A stretch of 64,000 nucleotides of DNA from Mobula hypostoma (lineage: Eukaryota), in contig NC_086114.1 of assembly GCF_963921235.1 (NCBI RefSeq), positions 44,144,001 through 44,208,000 on the forward strand, in the 5' to 3' direction. This document shows, one piece after another, positions 12,151-25,075 of this stretch. Below the pieces are notes generated by a model, which was not told where the DNA came from, did not search any database, and was given only the letters and a program-made list of their open reading frames with translations. Both the position numbers and the translations under genes were made by a program. Numbering within the stretch: the first letter of the stretch is position 1; each line of letters opens with the position of its first letter.

Positions 12151-12589
12151 TAACCTCTTTCGCTACCTGGACTATACTGTAAAAATGAACATATGTGATG
12201 AATAATGCCTGATGCTCATTCAGTGGCTGATGGGTCATGTATAACAGATTCTCATTGACCGATGAGGTGTACACTGCTTTTCTTCCATGTGCAGTTTCCA
12301 CACGTGTTCAAATTTCATTTTCTGTTTAGAACTCTCCGTTGTGCTGGGTGAAGACAAGAAGCACACTTTGTCCTTTAATGAATACTATGACAATTATGGA
12401 TGATCTAACGGCTCTTGAGAACAATTAGGAATGTCTGGGATGGTTATTAGGTGAAGGCCTTCACTGTGTCTGTTAATCACTCTTATGTCTAAATGCCTGG
12501 TAATATTTGAGTTCACTTTCAGTAGTAGCTGACACTGAGAAGAGAGTGAGTTAGTAAATTAAATGCATGCAGAATTAGAATGCAGGATT

Positions 12590-12910
12590 CACAAAAGTCA
12601 TAGGATTAGAGGACATATATTTAAGGTGAGAGGAGGAAAGTTTAAAGGATTATTCAGCACAACCTCATAGGCTGGAAGCCCTGTTCCTGTGCTCTACGTT
12701 CCACGTGTGGAACAATTTTTTTTTACCTGAGAATGGTGGATGCTTGGGCTGTTGTGGTAGTGGTGGAAGCGGATAGAATAATGGCGTTTAAGAGGACTTT
12801 AGACAGGGAATGGAATAATATGGTCCACTCCAGCAAGATAGATTTTGTTTAAATTGGTACGGATGTTGTGGGGCTGAAGGGCCTGTTCCTGAGCTGTACT
12901 GTTCTCTGTT
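12590..12910 (+). mobile_element. CR1 LINE 3' fragments
   Basis: tttaaggtgagaggaggaaagtttaaagg..gggctgaagggcctgttcctg. Confidence 0.75.
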
Positions 12911-13419
12911 CTCTAAATGAGTTTCTAGGGGCAACTGAATTTATGGAGCATTCCACAATCCCTTTCCATCGACAAGGACTAGGAGATGTTATTAACAGTG
13001 TAGCACTGCATAAGCTAGTTGTCTTGTTACAGACCATTTCTTGTCCCACTGTGCTACAGTTCACCATTTTCAAAAAATCTTCTTTTCTCCCTTAAAACAG
13101 GTTCTCCTCAGCTTCCAAACACCCAACTAATGTTCAGACCGTATATATGAACAAGTGTTTGGGAGATAGGTGGAATGGATTTAACAGCTTCTGTAACCTA
13201 GGGAGCGCTTATAATTAGCTGACTTTTAGTTATCCCTCCTAGTCTCTCTTGTGGCACATATACTCTGCCCACTTTTAATGCCAACTGGGATTTGTTTTCT
13301 ACAAAAAAATGTATATTAAAAATCAGCACTAGCTGATGCATTTGACTGTATGTTCCATGTAAATGTTAGCTGAGGGTTACAGTTTAGGTTTGATGAGTTT
13401 TCACAGGCAGTATTGGGTA

Positions 13420-13600
13420 TTCAGGTCAGGTAGCATCTTTGGAAAGGAATAAACAGTGAACATTATCCTGATGAAGGGATTTCAAGCTGTTTATTCCTCT
13501 CCATAGATGTTGCCTGACTTACTGAGTTTCTCCAGTACATATATTTTGTGTGTATTGTTCAAAATTTCCATCATCTACTGACTATCTTGTGTTTGGGTAA
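13420..13600. mobile_element. Head-to-head inverted PLE ends (palindrome)
   Basis: tcaggtagcatc..ggaataaacag | cctgatgaaggg..ctgtttattcc..gatgttgcctga. Confidence 0.75.
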
Positions 13601-15359
13601 TCCAGCCTTTTAATGTGCCTCTTTTCATGATTGATGGTTCTGTAAATACCCCTCCCAATGAACGGTCTGCACTTCCAGCAGTTTTCTTGTCTGTATGTGC
13701 ATCAGATATTGCAAATAAGACCAACTTCCTCAAATAGAGAGTGATATATAAAATTTAAAGGAGTAAGATATTTTTGAAGGAAAATAAATAACAGAGATAT
13801 CCACATCTTTTAAAAATATCCTCAGTTTATTCAGTTTCTATATACTATTTTTAAGTGCAATGTAGGAGACCGTCACCAATTGTGCATAGCGAGCTCCCAC
13901 AAAGACCAAGGCAACAATGATCAGAGAATCTTTTTTTTCAATGTATTCATTTTTCCAGGATCTAATCCTCACCAGTGAAGCCAGCAATTATTGTCCATCT
14001 ATGATTGTCCTTGAGAAATTGGTGGGAACCATTTTCTTGAACTGCTAAACCTGAGATGCCGCTGATGCTGGAAATCTTGAGCAACACACACGGAATGTCG
14101 GAGGAACTCAGCAGCTCAGACAGCATCTACGGAGGGGAATAGATAATCATCATTTTGTGCTGAGATCCTTTTCAGTGTGCCTCCAGCATTTTGTGCATGG
14201 GTTTCTTTTTTTAGAACAGCTTCTGTCCTTTTGGTCAATGAGATCCCACAACACTGGTGGATAGGGACCACAAGGATTTATTTATTTAATTATTTGTTGA
14301 TTGATTGACTGACTGACTGATTGAAATACAGCTCGGAACAGGCCATTTTGGCTCTTCAAGCCATACCACTCAATAACTCCCCCTCACCTATATAACCCTA
14401 GACTAATCACGGGACAATTTACAATGACTGGAAGTCTTTGGACTGTGGGAGGAAACCGGAGCACCCAGAAAAAAACCCAGGTAGCTATGGGGCGAACGTA
14501 CAAACTCCTTACAAACAGCAGAGGGACCAGAACCACGGTGCTTCTGTGCTGCCCAGTGTCGATTCAGGAATAATGATATATTTCCAAATTAGGACAGTGC
14601 GGGACGTGAAAGCGATAGAGCAGGTAATGATGTGCCGATGTATCTGGTGCCCTTGTCCTCGTTGGTATCGGGAAGTGAAGTAAGGTAAATCTGAAGCAGT
14701 TAAAATGATCCATAATAACTTATCCCTGCAAGAGAGTAGAAAATGATACAGTCATTACAAAATAATCATGTAATTTAAGGTTAATTTTTATCTGGTCTGG
14801 GAGAAAATTCTAGCTAGACTGTTGTCCTATTACAGCAGGACAAGCGTGGCCTTTATCTACTGATCAGTCATTGTTTAACTTGATGTTAACTGGTCTACCA
14901 AAAAGAATCCTCTGCACAAATGAACAAGGAAAAAATGCTCTAACCACACAGCAGGCCAGGTAACATCTGTGAAGAGACAATATTTCAGGTTTATGTCCAT
15001 TGACCATCTTCTCTGACCAATGGTCATTGATGTAAACGTTTACTTATGTGCCTTTCTCTTAACTTGCCAAGTACGCATTTTCGGTACTTTTATTTTTACT
15101 TCAGGTTTCCAGTAAATGAAAGACTTTACTTTTGGATACTTCCTGGTCAGCAGAATGTCGATCGATTTAGGGAATCAAGAAGTGCAGAGAGGGACCAGTG
15201 AAAGAGGGTCTTACTGAACTCCCATTGAAGAGAAGATTTAAAGTTCTTCGGGATAAGCATACCTCAAAGAGACTTTGCCGTGGAGCAGCAGATCCATAAA
15301 CAAGAGATTCTGCTGATGCTGGAAATCCAGATCAAAGCACACAAAATGCTGGAGATATA

Positions 15360-15854
15360 CAGTACTGTGAAAAGTCTTAAGCACATATACATTGCTAGAG
15401 TGCCTAAGATTTTTGCACAGTACTGTATTTATCATCAGGGAGCGGAGAGTGAGTTCGTAAATATGGCAAGGATGGATTGCCATGGGAGGCATGTGGGCCA
15501 GGTGGCAGAGAAGGAGTGCCAGGGGCAGGTAATGGTGTGGGTGCAGACACACCTCACCCTGGGACACCAGGCAAGGTCACTTAATTCCAAATTATTGATT
15601 TATTGATCATTACAGAATGTCTCTTTGGTGCTTCCTCTACTTTCCACTTCCCAACCAAAATTCCCCTCTCCCTGCCACCTTCCCACTCTCAGTCCACACT
15701 AGCGACCCATATCAGCATCGGGTTTTTCATCACTCACATGGGTCATGAAATTGTTGGCATTTTTTGCAGCAGTACAATGCAATACATAAAATTACTGAAG
15801 CATTCTGCAAAAGTCTAGCTACATATATGTAGCTAAAATCTTTGCACAACTCTG
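15360..15854 (+). mobile_element. Composite non-autonomous Tc1-type element bounded by two mini-MITE hairpins, inserted in a PLE end
   Basis: TA-CAGTACTGTGAAAAGTCTTAAGCAC..GTGCCTAAGATTTTTGCACAGTACTG-TA (15360-15425) plus a second module at ~15800-15854. The host PLE resumes at 15857. Same architecture at 37909-39640. Confidence 0.75.
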
Positions 15855-15929
15855 CACAGCGAGTCAGGCAGTATCTATGGGGGGGAAATAAGCCATCGAC
15901 ATTTCGAGCAGAGTACCTTCATGGTTAAA

Positions 15930-16260
15930 TGCCTAACTTAACTGTCTCCTTGTGTCTATGCAATGTTTATATCTAAGAGCCTGTTAAATGCATGTTATCA
16001 TATTTGCCTTCACAATCACTCCTGGTTGAACAATCCAGGCACACACCTGCAAAAGAAATGCAACATATCCTGCACACCTCCTTTCAACTTAACCCTTCTG
16101 ACTGTAGATGCATTCCCTATGGCATTAGAGATCTTGACACTGGGAAAAAGAATCTGGCTACCTATCTGTGCCTCTCATATAAACTTTTCTAAATTTCAGT
16201 CAAGGTCGCCCTCAGCTTCTGCTACTCCAGAGAAAACAACTCGAGTTTGTCTACCCTCTG
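15930..16260 (-). mobile_element. CR1 LINE 3' fragment
   Basis: tgggaaaaagaatctggctacctatctgtgcctctcat..aggtcgccctcagc. Confidence 0.75.
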
Positions 16261-16769
16261 CTTATCGCACCTGCAGACCTGGCCTGTGACTGCTCAGAAG
16301 TGGAGAAGAGTCCTCAGATTCTTGGAGTCCGTGTTTTTCCAGCACACAGGACCCAGTATGAAAAATGGAAAATGCATACCACTTTACAAACCCCCTTCCC
16401 CATCTGAGGGAGAGTCTGTCTCATCAGCCATCATAAAACTGGTGTGAAAGCAAGTCATCCTGAGGAAACTGCTTAAATAGAAGAAAATGGAAATTACAGC
16501 TTCACTGGATAGATTGATGATCTGGCATTCTTTTTATACAATATGATTAGACACTGATTCATTGTAAATGGGAATCAAAATGGTTCTCAGTAAATTAGCT
16601 TTCTAATTCTCAAGATAAAATAGATAATTTTCCAAAAATATTGCAGACTAATAGGCTTCAGAAATAGATGAGTGTTGGTCGGATGCCTCTCGTTCTGTTC
16701 TGGTAACTTTGTCGAACATCAAAAAGTTCAGAATCTAGTCTTATACTAGTGTAGAGTATTGAAGAGCTG

Positions 16770-16925
16770 TCATTATTTTGGCTATGTTGTATTCCCACTG
16801 GGATGATAAACTGAGACCTTGTCTGTTTGCTAGACTAGATGTGAAAGATCCCAACATCTTAGTTGAGGAAAAGCTGGAGTGTTCCTCCTGGTGTCCTGGA
16901 AAATGTTTATCGTCAAACTTTATTC
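16770..16925 (+). mobile_element. Old Deu-domain SINE fragment (SacSINE1/AmnSINE-like)
   Basis: taaactgagaccttgtctg..gatgtgaaagatccca..gttcctcctggtgtcctgg resembles the Deu central domain as I recall it. Confidence 0.55.
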
Positions 16926-16974
16926 TGTGGAATAGTGGCCACTTTATTAGGTACACCTACACACCTGCTTATTA

Positions 16975-17245
16975 ATGTAACAGGGTAAGGATTTATGAGG
17001 GATCTGAGGGGCAACTTCTTCATGCAGAGAGTGGTGGGTATATGGAATAAGCTGCCAGAGGAAGTGGTTTAGGCAGGTATAAAAACAGAATTTAAAAGGC
17101 ACTTGGACAGGTACATGGATAAGAAAGGTATACAAGAGGAATATGAGACAATTTCAGGCAAATGGGCTTACTGAGATGGGCACCTTAGTCAGCATGAATA
17201 AGCAGGGCTGAATGGCCTTTTTCTGTGCTGTATTACTTTATGACT
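16975..17245 (+). mobile_element. CR1 LINE 3' end
   Basis: gatctgaggggcaacttcttcatgcagagagtggtgg..ggcacttggacaggtacatgga. Confidence 0.85.
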
Positions 17246-18015
17246 AAATCATGAATTCACTATTATTGTATTGTTTGTAGTAGCTTGCTGTGTGTGCTGT
17301 CAATGACATTAGATTAGGTCCTATCATTTCCTCTCTTCATTTTAAAACTTCAAATGTACATTGAACGGACTTGGTACTCAGAGAGACATGGAGTTTGTGA
17401 AAGGCATTGTATGATGCAAATACTGTTTGATGATCAACATCTTGAATTGCCCACAGCTTGATGTTTTTTTCTCTAGTGTTTGATTAGAATAGTCAATCTC
17501 ACACTGTTATATTGAGAGAGGTGTTTGCAAACATCAAGGCATCGTCTACTTTCAGGATCACCGTGATATGGTCATTGAATATATTAACTTCTGATGCTTG
17601 TTTTAAATAATACTTTGGTTGTTTATAATATCTGGAGAACATGAAATTCTACCTGATATTTTTCTCTATAACAAGATGTGTAGTGCGTGAATGAGCTGAT
17701 GTCATCCAAGTTTACAGTAACTGGTTCATTCCTGTTCACTCGAATTCTGAATTTTTTCTCATGGATTACAATTCATGATTTTTGTTGAAAGTTAAATATC
17801 AGGTGTTTCACCAATACCTAGTAAAATTGTTCATGCGAAACCTAGGTTCCCAAGAATATTGCATTTCTTTTCAATGCAATTGGCATTAAAAGTGACAATT
17901 CATATTCGCATGTGCTATTTCTCTCCCTCTCTCTTTTCTCATACTTACACTTAGAGAAATGGTTATCACCCTTGGCTTTCAAAATGTTACAAAATTCAAT
18001 CTGAAAAAGGAATCA

Positions 18016-18092
18016 TCTCTCTCTCTCTCTTTTTCTCCCTTTCCCTCTCCCTCTCCCTTTCTCTCCCTCTCTGCCTCTCCCTCCCTCTCTCT
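18016..18092. repeat. CT-rich microsatellite running into the gap
   Basis: Direct observation. Confidence 0.9.
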
Positions 18093-18302
18093 NNNNNNNN
18101 NNNNNNNNNNNNNNNNNNNNNNNNNNNNNNNNNNNNNNNNNNNNNNNNNNNNNNNNNNNNNNNNNNNNNNNNNNNNNNNNNNNNNNNNNNNNNNNNNNNN
18201 NNNNNNNNNNNNNNNNNNNNNNNNNNNNNNNNNNNNNNNNNNNNNNNNNNNNNNNNNNNNNNNNNNNNNNNNNNNNNNNNNNNNNNNNNNNNNNNNNNNN
18301 NN
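18093..18302. other. Assembly gap (210 N)
   Basis: Run of N. Confidence 1.
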
Positions 18303-19194
18303 GACTTGTTTTCTCTCACCCGTGAGACTGGACCACTTTTTCCGTTTTCCCATGAGATCTGATCACAACCGTTCCCTCCTTGAGAGGTCAGTTTCACTTT
18401 CTCCCCTCCCTGTTGTAACCAGTTCACTCTCTCTACCCAGTCAGAGCTTAGTTCACCCCCATTCCTGACTCCCACTATATATAGTTCAGTCTATAACCCA
18501 ATTCAATCTCATTCAATCTTCCATTTGCCCAAATTCACTCCCTCCACCTATTTAGCTTTGGTTTGCCTCCCCTACCAAACCCCTACTACCATTATACCTA
18601 GTACAGACCTCATGTAATTAAATCCCGTTCCTTTCCCCCCTCATCTCTATAATACTGATCATTCTCCACACTCGGAGAGACCTGGTTTATTCCCCCAGCA
18701 ACCACCCTCCCCCATTATACCTTGTTCAGTCCCTCAGCCAAATAAATCTGGATCCTCCCCCAGCCCTCTGTCCACTCAATTAGACCTGGTTCACTCCCTC
18801 AACAACCTCTCACTGTTGCGGGAAATCATGCTCGTAGGTTCGATGAGTGGCGACAAAAGACATTCCCTACCAGTAAGGGGGTTAACTATTTATTTACAAG
18901 ACAAAAAAAGACACTAAACTTTCAGTAAACCCTTCTAGCTAAACTCGGTTACAGATACTTATCTAAACTGAGTGCTCAGAGTGACAGGACAAAACAGACA
19001 CAAATACACAGTGGCAAACATTTATCTAAAGTGTGTGCCCGGGCCCTCTGCACTGCAGCATAGCCCCACTGTGTACCGTATGCACAGCATTCTCATCTAT
19101 GTGGTCCATGGCGGCCTGACAGGAAAAGGGACCACATGATTACCGCACACTCGATTTTAACCCTACTGGTGCCATGACGTCATTGGCTAAACTT

Positions 19195-19510
19195 AGAAAA
19201 CATAGAAAAGCTACAGCATAATACAGGCCCTTCGGCCCACAATGCTGTGCCAAACATGCACTTACTTTAGAAATTACCTAGGGTTACCCATAGCCCTCTA
19301 TTTTTCTCAGCTCCATTTACCTATCCAGAAGTCTCTTAAAAGAGACTTATCGTATCCGCCTCCACCATCTCGCCAGCACCCCATTCCACACACTCACCTC
19401 CCTGTGTTTAAAAAACTTACCCAGACTTCTCCTCTGTACCTACTTCCAAGCACCTTAAGGCTGTGCCCTCTTGTGTTAGCTATTTCAAGCCTGAGAAAAA
19501 GCCTCTGGCT
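19195..19510 (-). mobile_element. CR1/SINE 3' tail
   Basis: agaaaacatagaaa..caggcccttcggcccacaatgctgtgcc..; relatively well preserved. Confidence 0.8.
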
Positions 19511-19709
19511 GGAAGCTAGTGGGAGGGGCTTCAATGCCTCTTAGATGGGCCAGTCCCTGCCTCCCACAGGGAGTGGCTTTTGATTTGCAGGTAAGTCAAG
19601 TCACTTTGCAACAATCACCCCACTTTGCTTGTTTCACCATCTTTTCCATTGGATATAGTTTACCCTTACTCTCTGCTATTCTTAGTTTCTGTAAAACAAA
19701 TCTCAGCAG

Positions 19710-20405
19710 GTTTCAATAGGTACATTTAATGTATACAATATGCATACTGAAATAATTTTCCTCGTAAACATCCACGAGAACAGAGGAGTACCTCAAAGAA
19801 CGAATGACAGTTAAATGATAGAACCCCAAAGCCCTCCCAACTCCCCCTCCCACACATAAACAGCAGCAAAGCAATGACCCCTCCCCCTCCAGCAAAAGAA
19901 GCATCAGCAGCCCCCACCGAGCACTCAAGTGTGCAGCAAAGCATCAGTAAAGATGCAGACTTGCAGTACCCCAAAGACTACTCGTTCACCCGGTATTTGG
20001 CATACCACAGGCTCCCTCTCTCTCTCTCTCTCTAATAAAAGAAAAAGAGGTGTCCCATTTCACAACAAGAGGGGAGACATAACAAAGCAACTCACCAATT
20101 TATGGTGTTAAAAGTCTGTTGCGTTGCTTTTTCCTAGCTCTGTGCCCAAAGAACTCAGGTCTCTGGGCACACAGCCAGCAGCCAGCTCACTGCTTTCGAT
20201 CTCCCGTCTCCCACGATGCACCAGGCAGCAGCCCCGACCTCGAGTCCATCTCCTCCAGAGCCACGAGAAACCAACCCCCTGAATGCGCGCTAGTCTTCTA
20301 GGCCACGCCCTTGGCATATTGAAAAACGGCCGGTTGTGAGGCCCTGAGAGTGTGTCCTGTTCCCGCTAAGAACCAAAGTCAGTGTGCAACTCCAGGTCAG
20401 AGTCT
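19710..20405 (-). mobile_element. Second, 5'-truncated copy of the 8788-9594 retroposon
   Basis: Colinear from gtttcaataggtacattt to tccaggtcag. Confidence 0.85.
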
Positions 20406-20544
20406 ATCTCATGGGGGAACATCAACAAGAATGGATAATGTGGCATCACTCCTTTCACCAAATCGAGCAGTGCTGTGGAAAGTCCAGTCTACATGAAGGA
20501 TGATGACATAATTAGGTCACCCAGAAACTGCAAGTTCACATGTG

Positions 20545-21415
20545 CTGTACAAGATGTTGATGAGAGCACACTTGGAGTGTAGTGTGCAGTCTGGTCACCC
20601 AGGATATCATTCAGCTGGAAAGGATGCAGAAAAGATTCACGAGGATGTTACCAAGATTGGAGGACTTGAGTAATAAGGACAGACTGAGTAGGCTGAGAGG
20701 CTTTTTACCCAGGAGTGTAGGATGCTGAGGTATATAAAACCATGAGGGGCATGGATAGTGTGAAGGGTTATAAGCTTTTCCCAGGGGAGGGGAATCTCGA
20801 ACAAGAGGGCATAGACTTAATGTGAGACAGAGACCTGAGGCGTGACTTTTTCACATGGATGCTGATGGGTTGTGGAATGAGCTGCCCGAGCAAGCTGAAA
20901 AAGGGGGCACATGGATAAGAAAGATTAAAGATTTAAACTATTAAAGATGAGCTTGATTTGTTGCATGTACCATGAAACATACAGAGAATTGCATAGTTTG
21001 AATCTAATGAAATCAGTGACGATTGTACTGGGCAGCTTGCAAGTGTCACCACATTTTCAGCGGCAACATAGCATGCCCAGTGCTCACTGACCCAAACCCA
21101 TATGTCTGTGAATTATGAAGGAAACCGGAATACCCAAATGGTCACAGGAAGAATGTACGAACTCCTTACAGACAGCAACGAGAATTAATCCCCGATCTTA
21201 CAGCTGATACTGTAAAGAGTCATGCTAACTGTTACAATATTGTGCCATGCCATTCAAACTGAGCTATAGTCCCATTCGCCTGCGTTTGCCCATATTGCAG
21301 CTTGGTGTGATCGGGGTCAAACACAGACAAATGTGACGAGCTCAGTTAGGCAACTTGGTCAACACGGACAAGTTAGGCTGAAGGGCCTGTTTCTCTGTAA
21401 CTCTGCCACTCTATG
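20545..21415 (+). mobile_element. CR1 LINE 3' region with a nested minus-strand V-SINE (~20950-21250)
   Basis: cacttggagtgtagtgtgcagtctggtcacc..gattcacgaggatgttacc; SINE ggaagaatgtacgaactccttacagacagc. Confidence 0.8.
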
Positions 21416-22019
21416 ATTTTAAATCATTTCATTGAGCATAATTAAGATTGCAAACAACAGAGCTTTGAGCATTGTTGGGTAAAAGGATCAGGTAGGAAAA
21501 TGGGCATGAGATGAAGGATCCACCATAATCCTATTGAAGGAGAAGCAGGTTGAAGGGGTTCAATTGCCAGCTTGCTCTAATTTTTACACAGGGAGCAGGT
21601 GCCTGATAAAAATTCTCTTTGAATACGAATACATGTTCCATCTATTCCTGTTGATTTCAAGTCATTTTTCACTTGAAAGGATATCTAATTATCCAATTGT
21701 TTGAATGAAGCAATTTATTGAAAAATCCAAAGAGGTTTTTTTTGCTTGATTTCAATCCAAATGAGCTTTTATTCGGGTTAAGCAATTTTGATCTGAGGAG
21801 TGAAAAGATGTCCTTCATATAATCTTTAAGGCCCCCTGTCCTGGGACTATCTTCTCAAACACATATTTTGTCAATTATCTATAATATTTTAGAAGAATTT
21901 GAATAAATTATCCAACTTCTGGTTCTAAGTGGGGGGAGGAGCGAGAGTTGTATAATGGGGGTAAGGAAACTGGAGGAAGAAGCTGAAGCAGGTTTAACTA
22001 GTTGGGGGAGAGCGAATGA

Positions 22020-22410
22020 GTTTGGATAATCTCTAATGAATGAGAGGAGATCTTCCAGGAACATACACAATTATGAAAAAGATGGATAAGATAGAGACAT
22101 GGAAGTTGCCTCCACTGGTAGGAGGTGAGACTAAAACTGGAGGACATTGCCTCGGTGAAATAGGTTTAGGATGGAGGTGAGAAGAAATTGCTTTTCCCAG
22201 AGAGTAGTCAGTCTGTGGAATTCTCTGACCAGGGAAGCAGTCGAGGCTACCTCATTAAATATATTTAAGACACAGTTAGATAGATTTTAGCATGGCAGGG
22301 GATTTAAGGGTTATGGAGAAAAAGCAGGTTGGTGGAGCCATGTTCCTGTTGAATGGTGGAGCAGCATCAATAGCCAATTGGCCCAGTTCTGCTTCTATTT
22401 TTGACATTTT
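22020..22410 (+). mobile_element. CR1 LINE 3' end
   Basis: cagagagtagtcagtctgtggaattctctgaccagggaagcagtcgaggct. Confidence 0.85.
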
Positions 22411-23164
22411 TATGAATGCAGGTATATATCTGATGGATTTTTCGTTCACTCTCTCCATATATCTTTCCAAAGATGCTGTCACCATAGCTCTTCACAGTGC
22501 TCCAATCCTGGTGCAACCATGGTTCCATAGTGTAACTTCCACCCTGTTTTAGTCCAATCTTCTCTTCCCAATGTAAAGGCCAAGAAAGCAGTCACAACGT
22601 GTAAGATGAATCTCAGTAAGATTTGTCGTCACTGGCTTAGATCATGTGAAATCGTTTAGCAGCAGCAGTGCAATCAAAAGCATAAATTCACTACAAGTTA
22701 CAAATGGTGCAAAGAAAAGAAATAATGGGGGTTCATGGACCACCCAGAGATTTTATGGTGAAAGGAAAGAAGCTGTTCCTGTAAAGTTGAGTATGAGTCT
22801 TCAATCTTCCGTACCTCGTCCCCATAGTAGTAACGAGAAGAAGAGAAAAATGTCTTTTTAAAAGAAAATGGCTCATGATAATGCCCTTTAACAAAAGATT
22901 GTAGAGTAATTTATTTTGAATATTGAAAACTGAAGTGATGGACTCTAGCTAGAGCCAGCTTTCCTATCTCTTCATGCACAATGTTATCTCAATTTCATCA
23001 GTAGAGACCTAAACCGTTTGGTTTTTAGATACAATTTATCCCCCACACATGTATTCAGTAGTAGGATGCTCCTCGCAGTTCAAGAGCAGGCATTTTGGAT
23101 AATTTCCTGTTGTGTTATTTCCCTCTGTATGGGGTTTAAATTCAAGTTTATTTCCACTGGCATA

Positions 23165-23445
23165 CACTCAGTGGCCGCTTTATTAGGTGCCTCCTGCCGC
23201 TGAGTGTATGTTTGTGGTCTTTTGCTGATGTAACCCGCCTACTCCAAGGTTCGACGTGTTGTGCATTCAGAGAGGCTGCTGTATCACGTGGTTATTTGAC
23301 TTACTGTCACCTTTCTGTCAGTTTGAACCAGTCTGGCCATTTCCCTCTGATCTCTCTCATTAAGAACGCGTTTTCACCCACAGAACTGATGTTCACAGGA
23401 TGTTTTTTTGTTTGCTTTTTGCACCATTCCCTGTAAACTCTAGCG
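23165..23445 (-). mobile_element. Tc1 deletion derivative
   Basis: TA-cactcagtggccgctttattagg; reverse-complement match to the Tc1 transposase N-terminus at 60782. Confidence 0.8.
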
Positions 23446-23464
23446 ACTGTTGTGCTGTTTTACC

Positions 23465-23780
23465 TTGAGGTGTGGGTCTTCAGGCTCCTGTGCCTCCTGC
23501 CTGATGGCAGCATGGACTGGATGGTGGGGACCACTGCTGATAGATGTTGCCTTCCTGAGACATTGCCTTAATGATAGGGAAAGTTGTACCCTGCTGGAGC
23601 TGACTTGAGTCCACCATTCTCTGTAGCCTCTTGCATTCCTGTGCATTAGAGATTCCATGGCAGGCTGTGACACAACCAGTCAGAATGCTTTCCGCTGTAC
23701 ATCGGTAGAAATCTGTCAGACTTTGATCACAAGCTGATTCTCCTTTAAACGTCTAAAGAAATAAAAATGCCGGCATGCTT
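23465..23780 (-). mobile_element. Rex1-like LINE fragment
   Basis: Minus ORF with QCLRKATSI..PHHP. Confidence 0.75.
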
Positions 23781-25075
23781 TCGGACTACTGTGGGAAACG
23801 TTTCTAAATGCGAATTGGATTTACTGTGTTATTACTTTTAATTTGCAGGCAATGGATGAAGCAATGCAAGTCATTCTAAGTTGTTACCAGGTTAAATGTA
23901 TAGCCTGGACCTAACACATCGAATGTGATTAAACAGACAATGTGGTGAATATAGATTCAAATTCAGTGAGAACCTAAAGAGATGGGAATAAAATACATCA
24001 GACAATGTAAGATGATCTTACCAAGTGAACTGCGCATTCAAAGGCAAACATCTGATATTAGAATGCCATACATACTGATTGATATTCCCTTTCGTATTCA
24101 TGTAATGAATGTGTGTTTCTCCAACACAAATACAGAGACTCTGCACCATCCTGGAGAAAACAGATGCTTGGAAACTGATCCCTGCTCTCTTTAAGATTCA
24201 AGCGCACTCCCCAGGTACTGGTGGAGTACAAAGCCCCCCAGCCACATCACTCGAAACAAGCAAAACATTCAGATCCAATACTGATGAGGTAGGAGCAATG
24301 ACTCTGTAGCTCCCCTTTCATTTCCCCCAGACTCCATCCTTGCCAATCACCTTGGTCAGTTGAGATTGCAGACGCTGGAAACTGATACAATCTGATGGAG
24401 GAACTCAGTGGGTAGAGCAGCAGTTGTGGGAGGAAAGGAATTGTCAACATTTTGAGTTGAAACAATGCACCAGGACCCTGCATCAGTGTGGAGAGGTCTT
24501 GATGCAGGGTTTTTACCTGGGCCGCTGAAGCAATTCAAGAATTTAACAATTCTCAATGAACCGGCCCATGAACACTGCCTTACTATTTTACCCTCTTTTT
24601 GCACTCTTTATTTAATTTAATATTTTAATATATATTCCTTATTGTAATTTATAGTATTTTTATGCACTGCACTGCGCTGCTGCTGCAGAACAATACATTT
24701 CATGATATATGTCAGTGATATTAAAGCTGACTCTGAACTTTATGCAACTGCAATTGTTAATTCAAAACAACAGATGCTGTAAATCTGAGATGAAAACAGA
24801 AAATCTTGCAATTCACAGCAGGTCAGGCAGCATCTGTGAAGAGAGAGAGAGAAAGGTTCCTCCTTCTGTGTGATGGGTTTTCAGGTTAGTTTTGTTTCAT
24901 TCTCCATAGATGCTGTTTGAACTGCTGAGTATTTCTATCATTTATTTGTTTTCATTCCTGGCTTCTCTGTGTTGCTTCCTTTTGATTAAATGGTCGTAAA
25001 TTCCAAAGTCTTAACCCCCTACATTTAAGCACTCACTGCATAAAATATTGATAACATCTTCATCATTGTCCCCTA

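Noticed and set aside
17959-18475. ORFs of 124-169 aa
   Set aside because: They span the N gap and the CT repeat.
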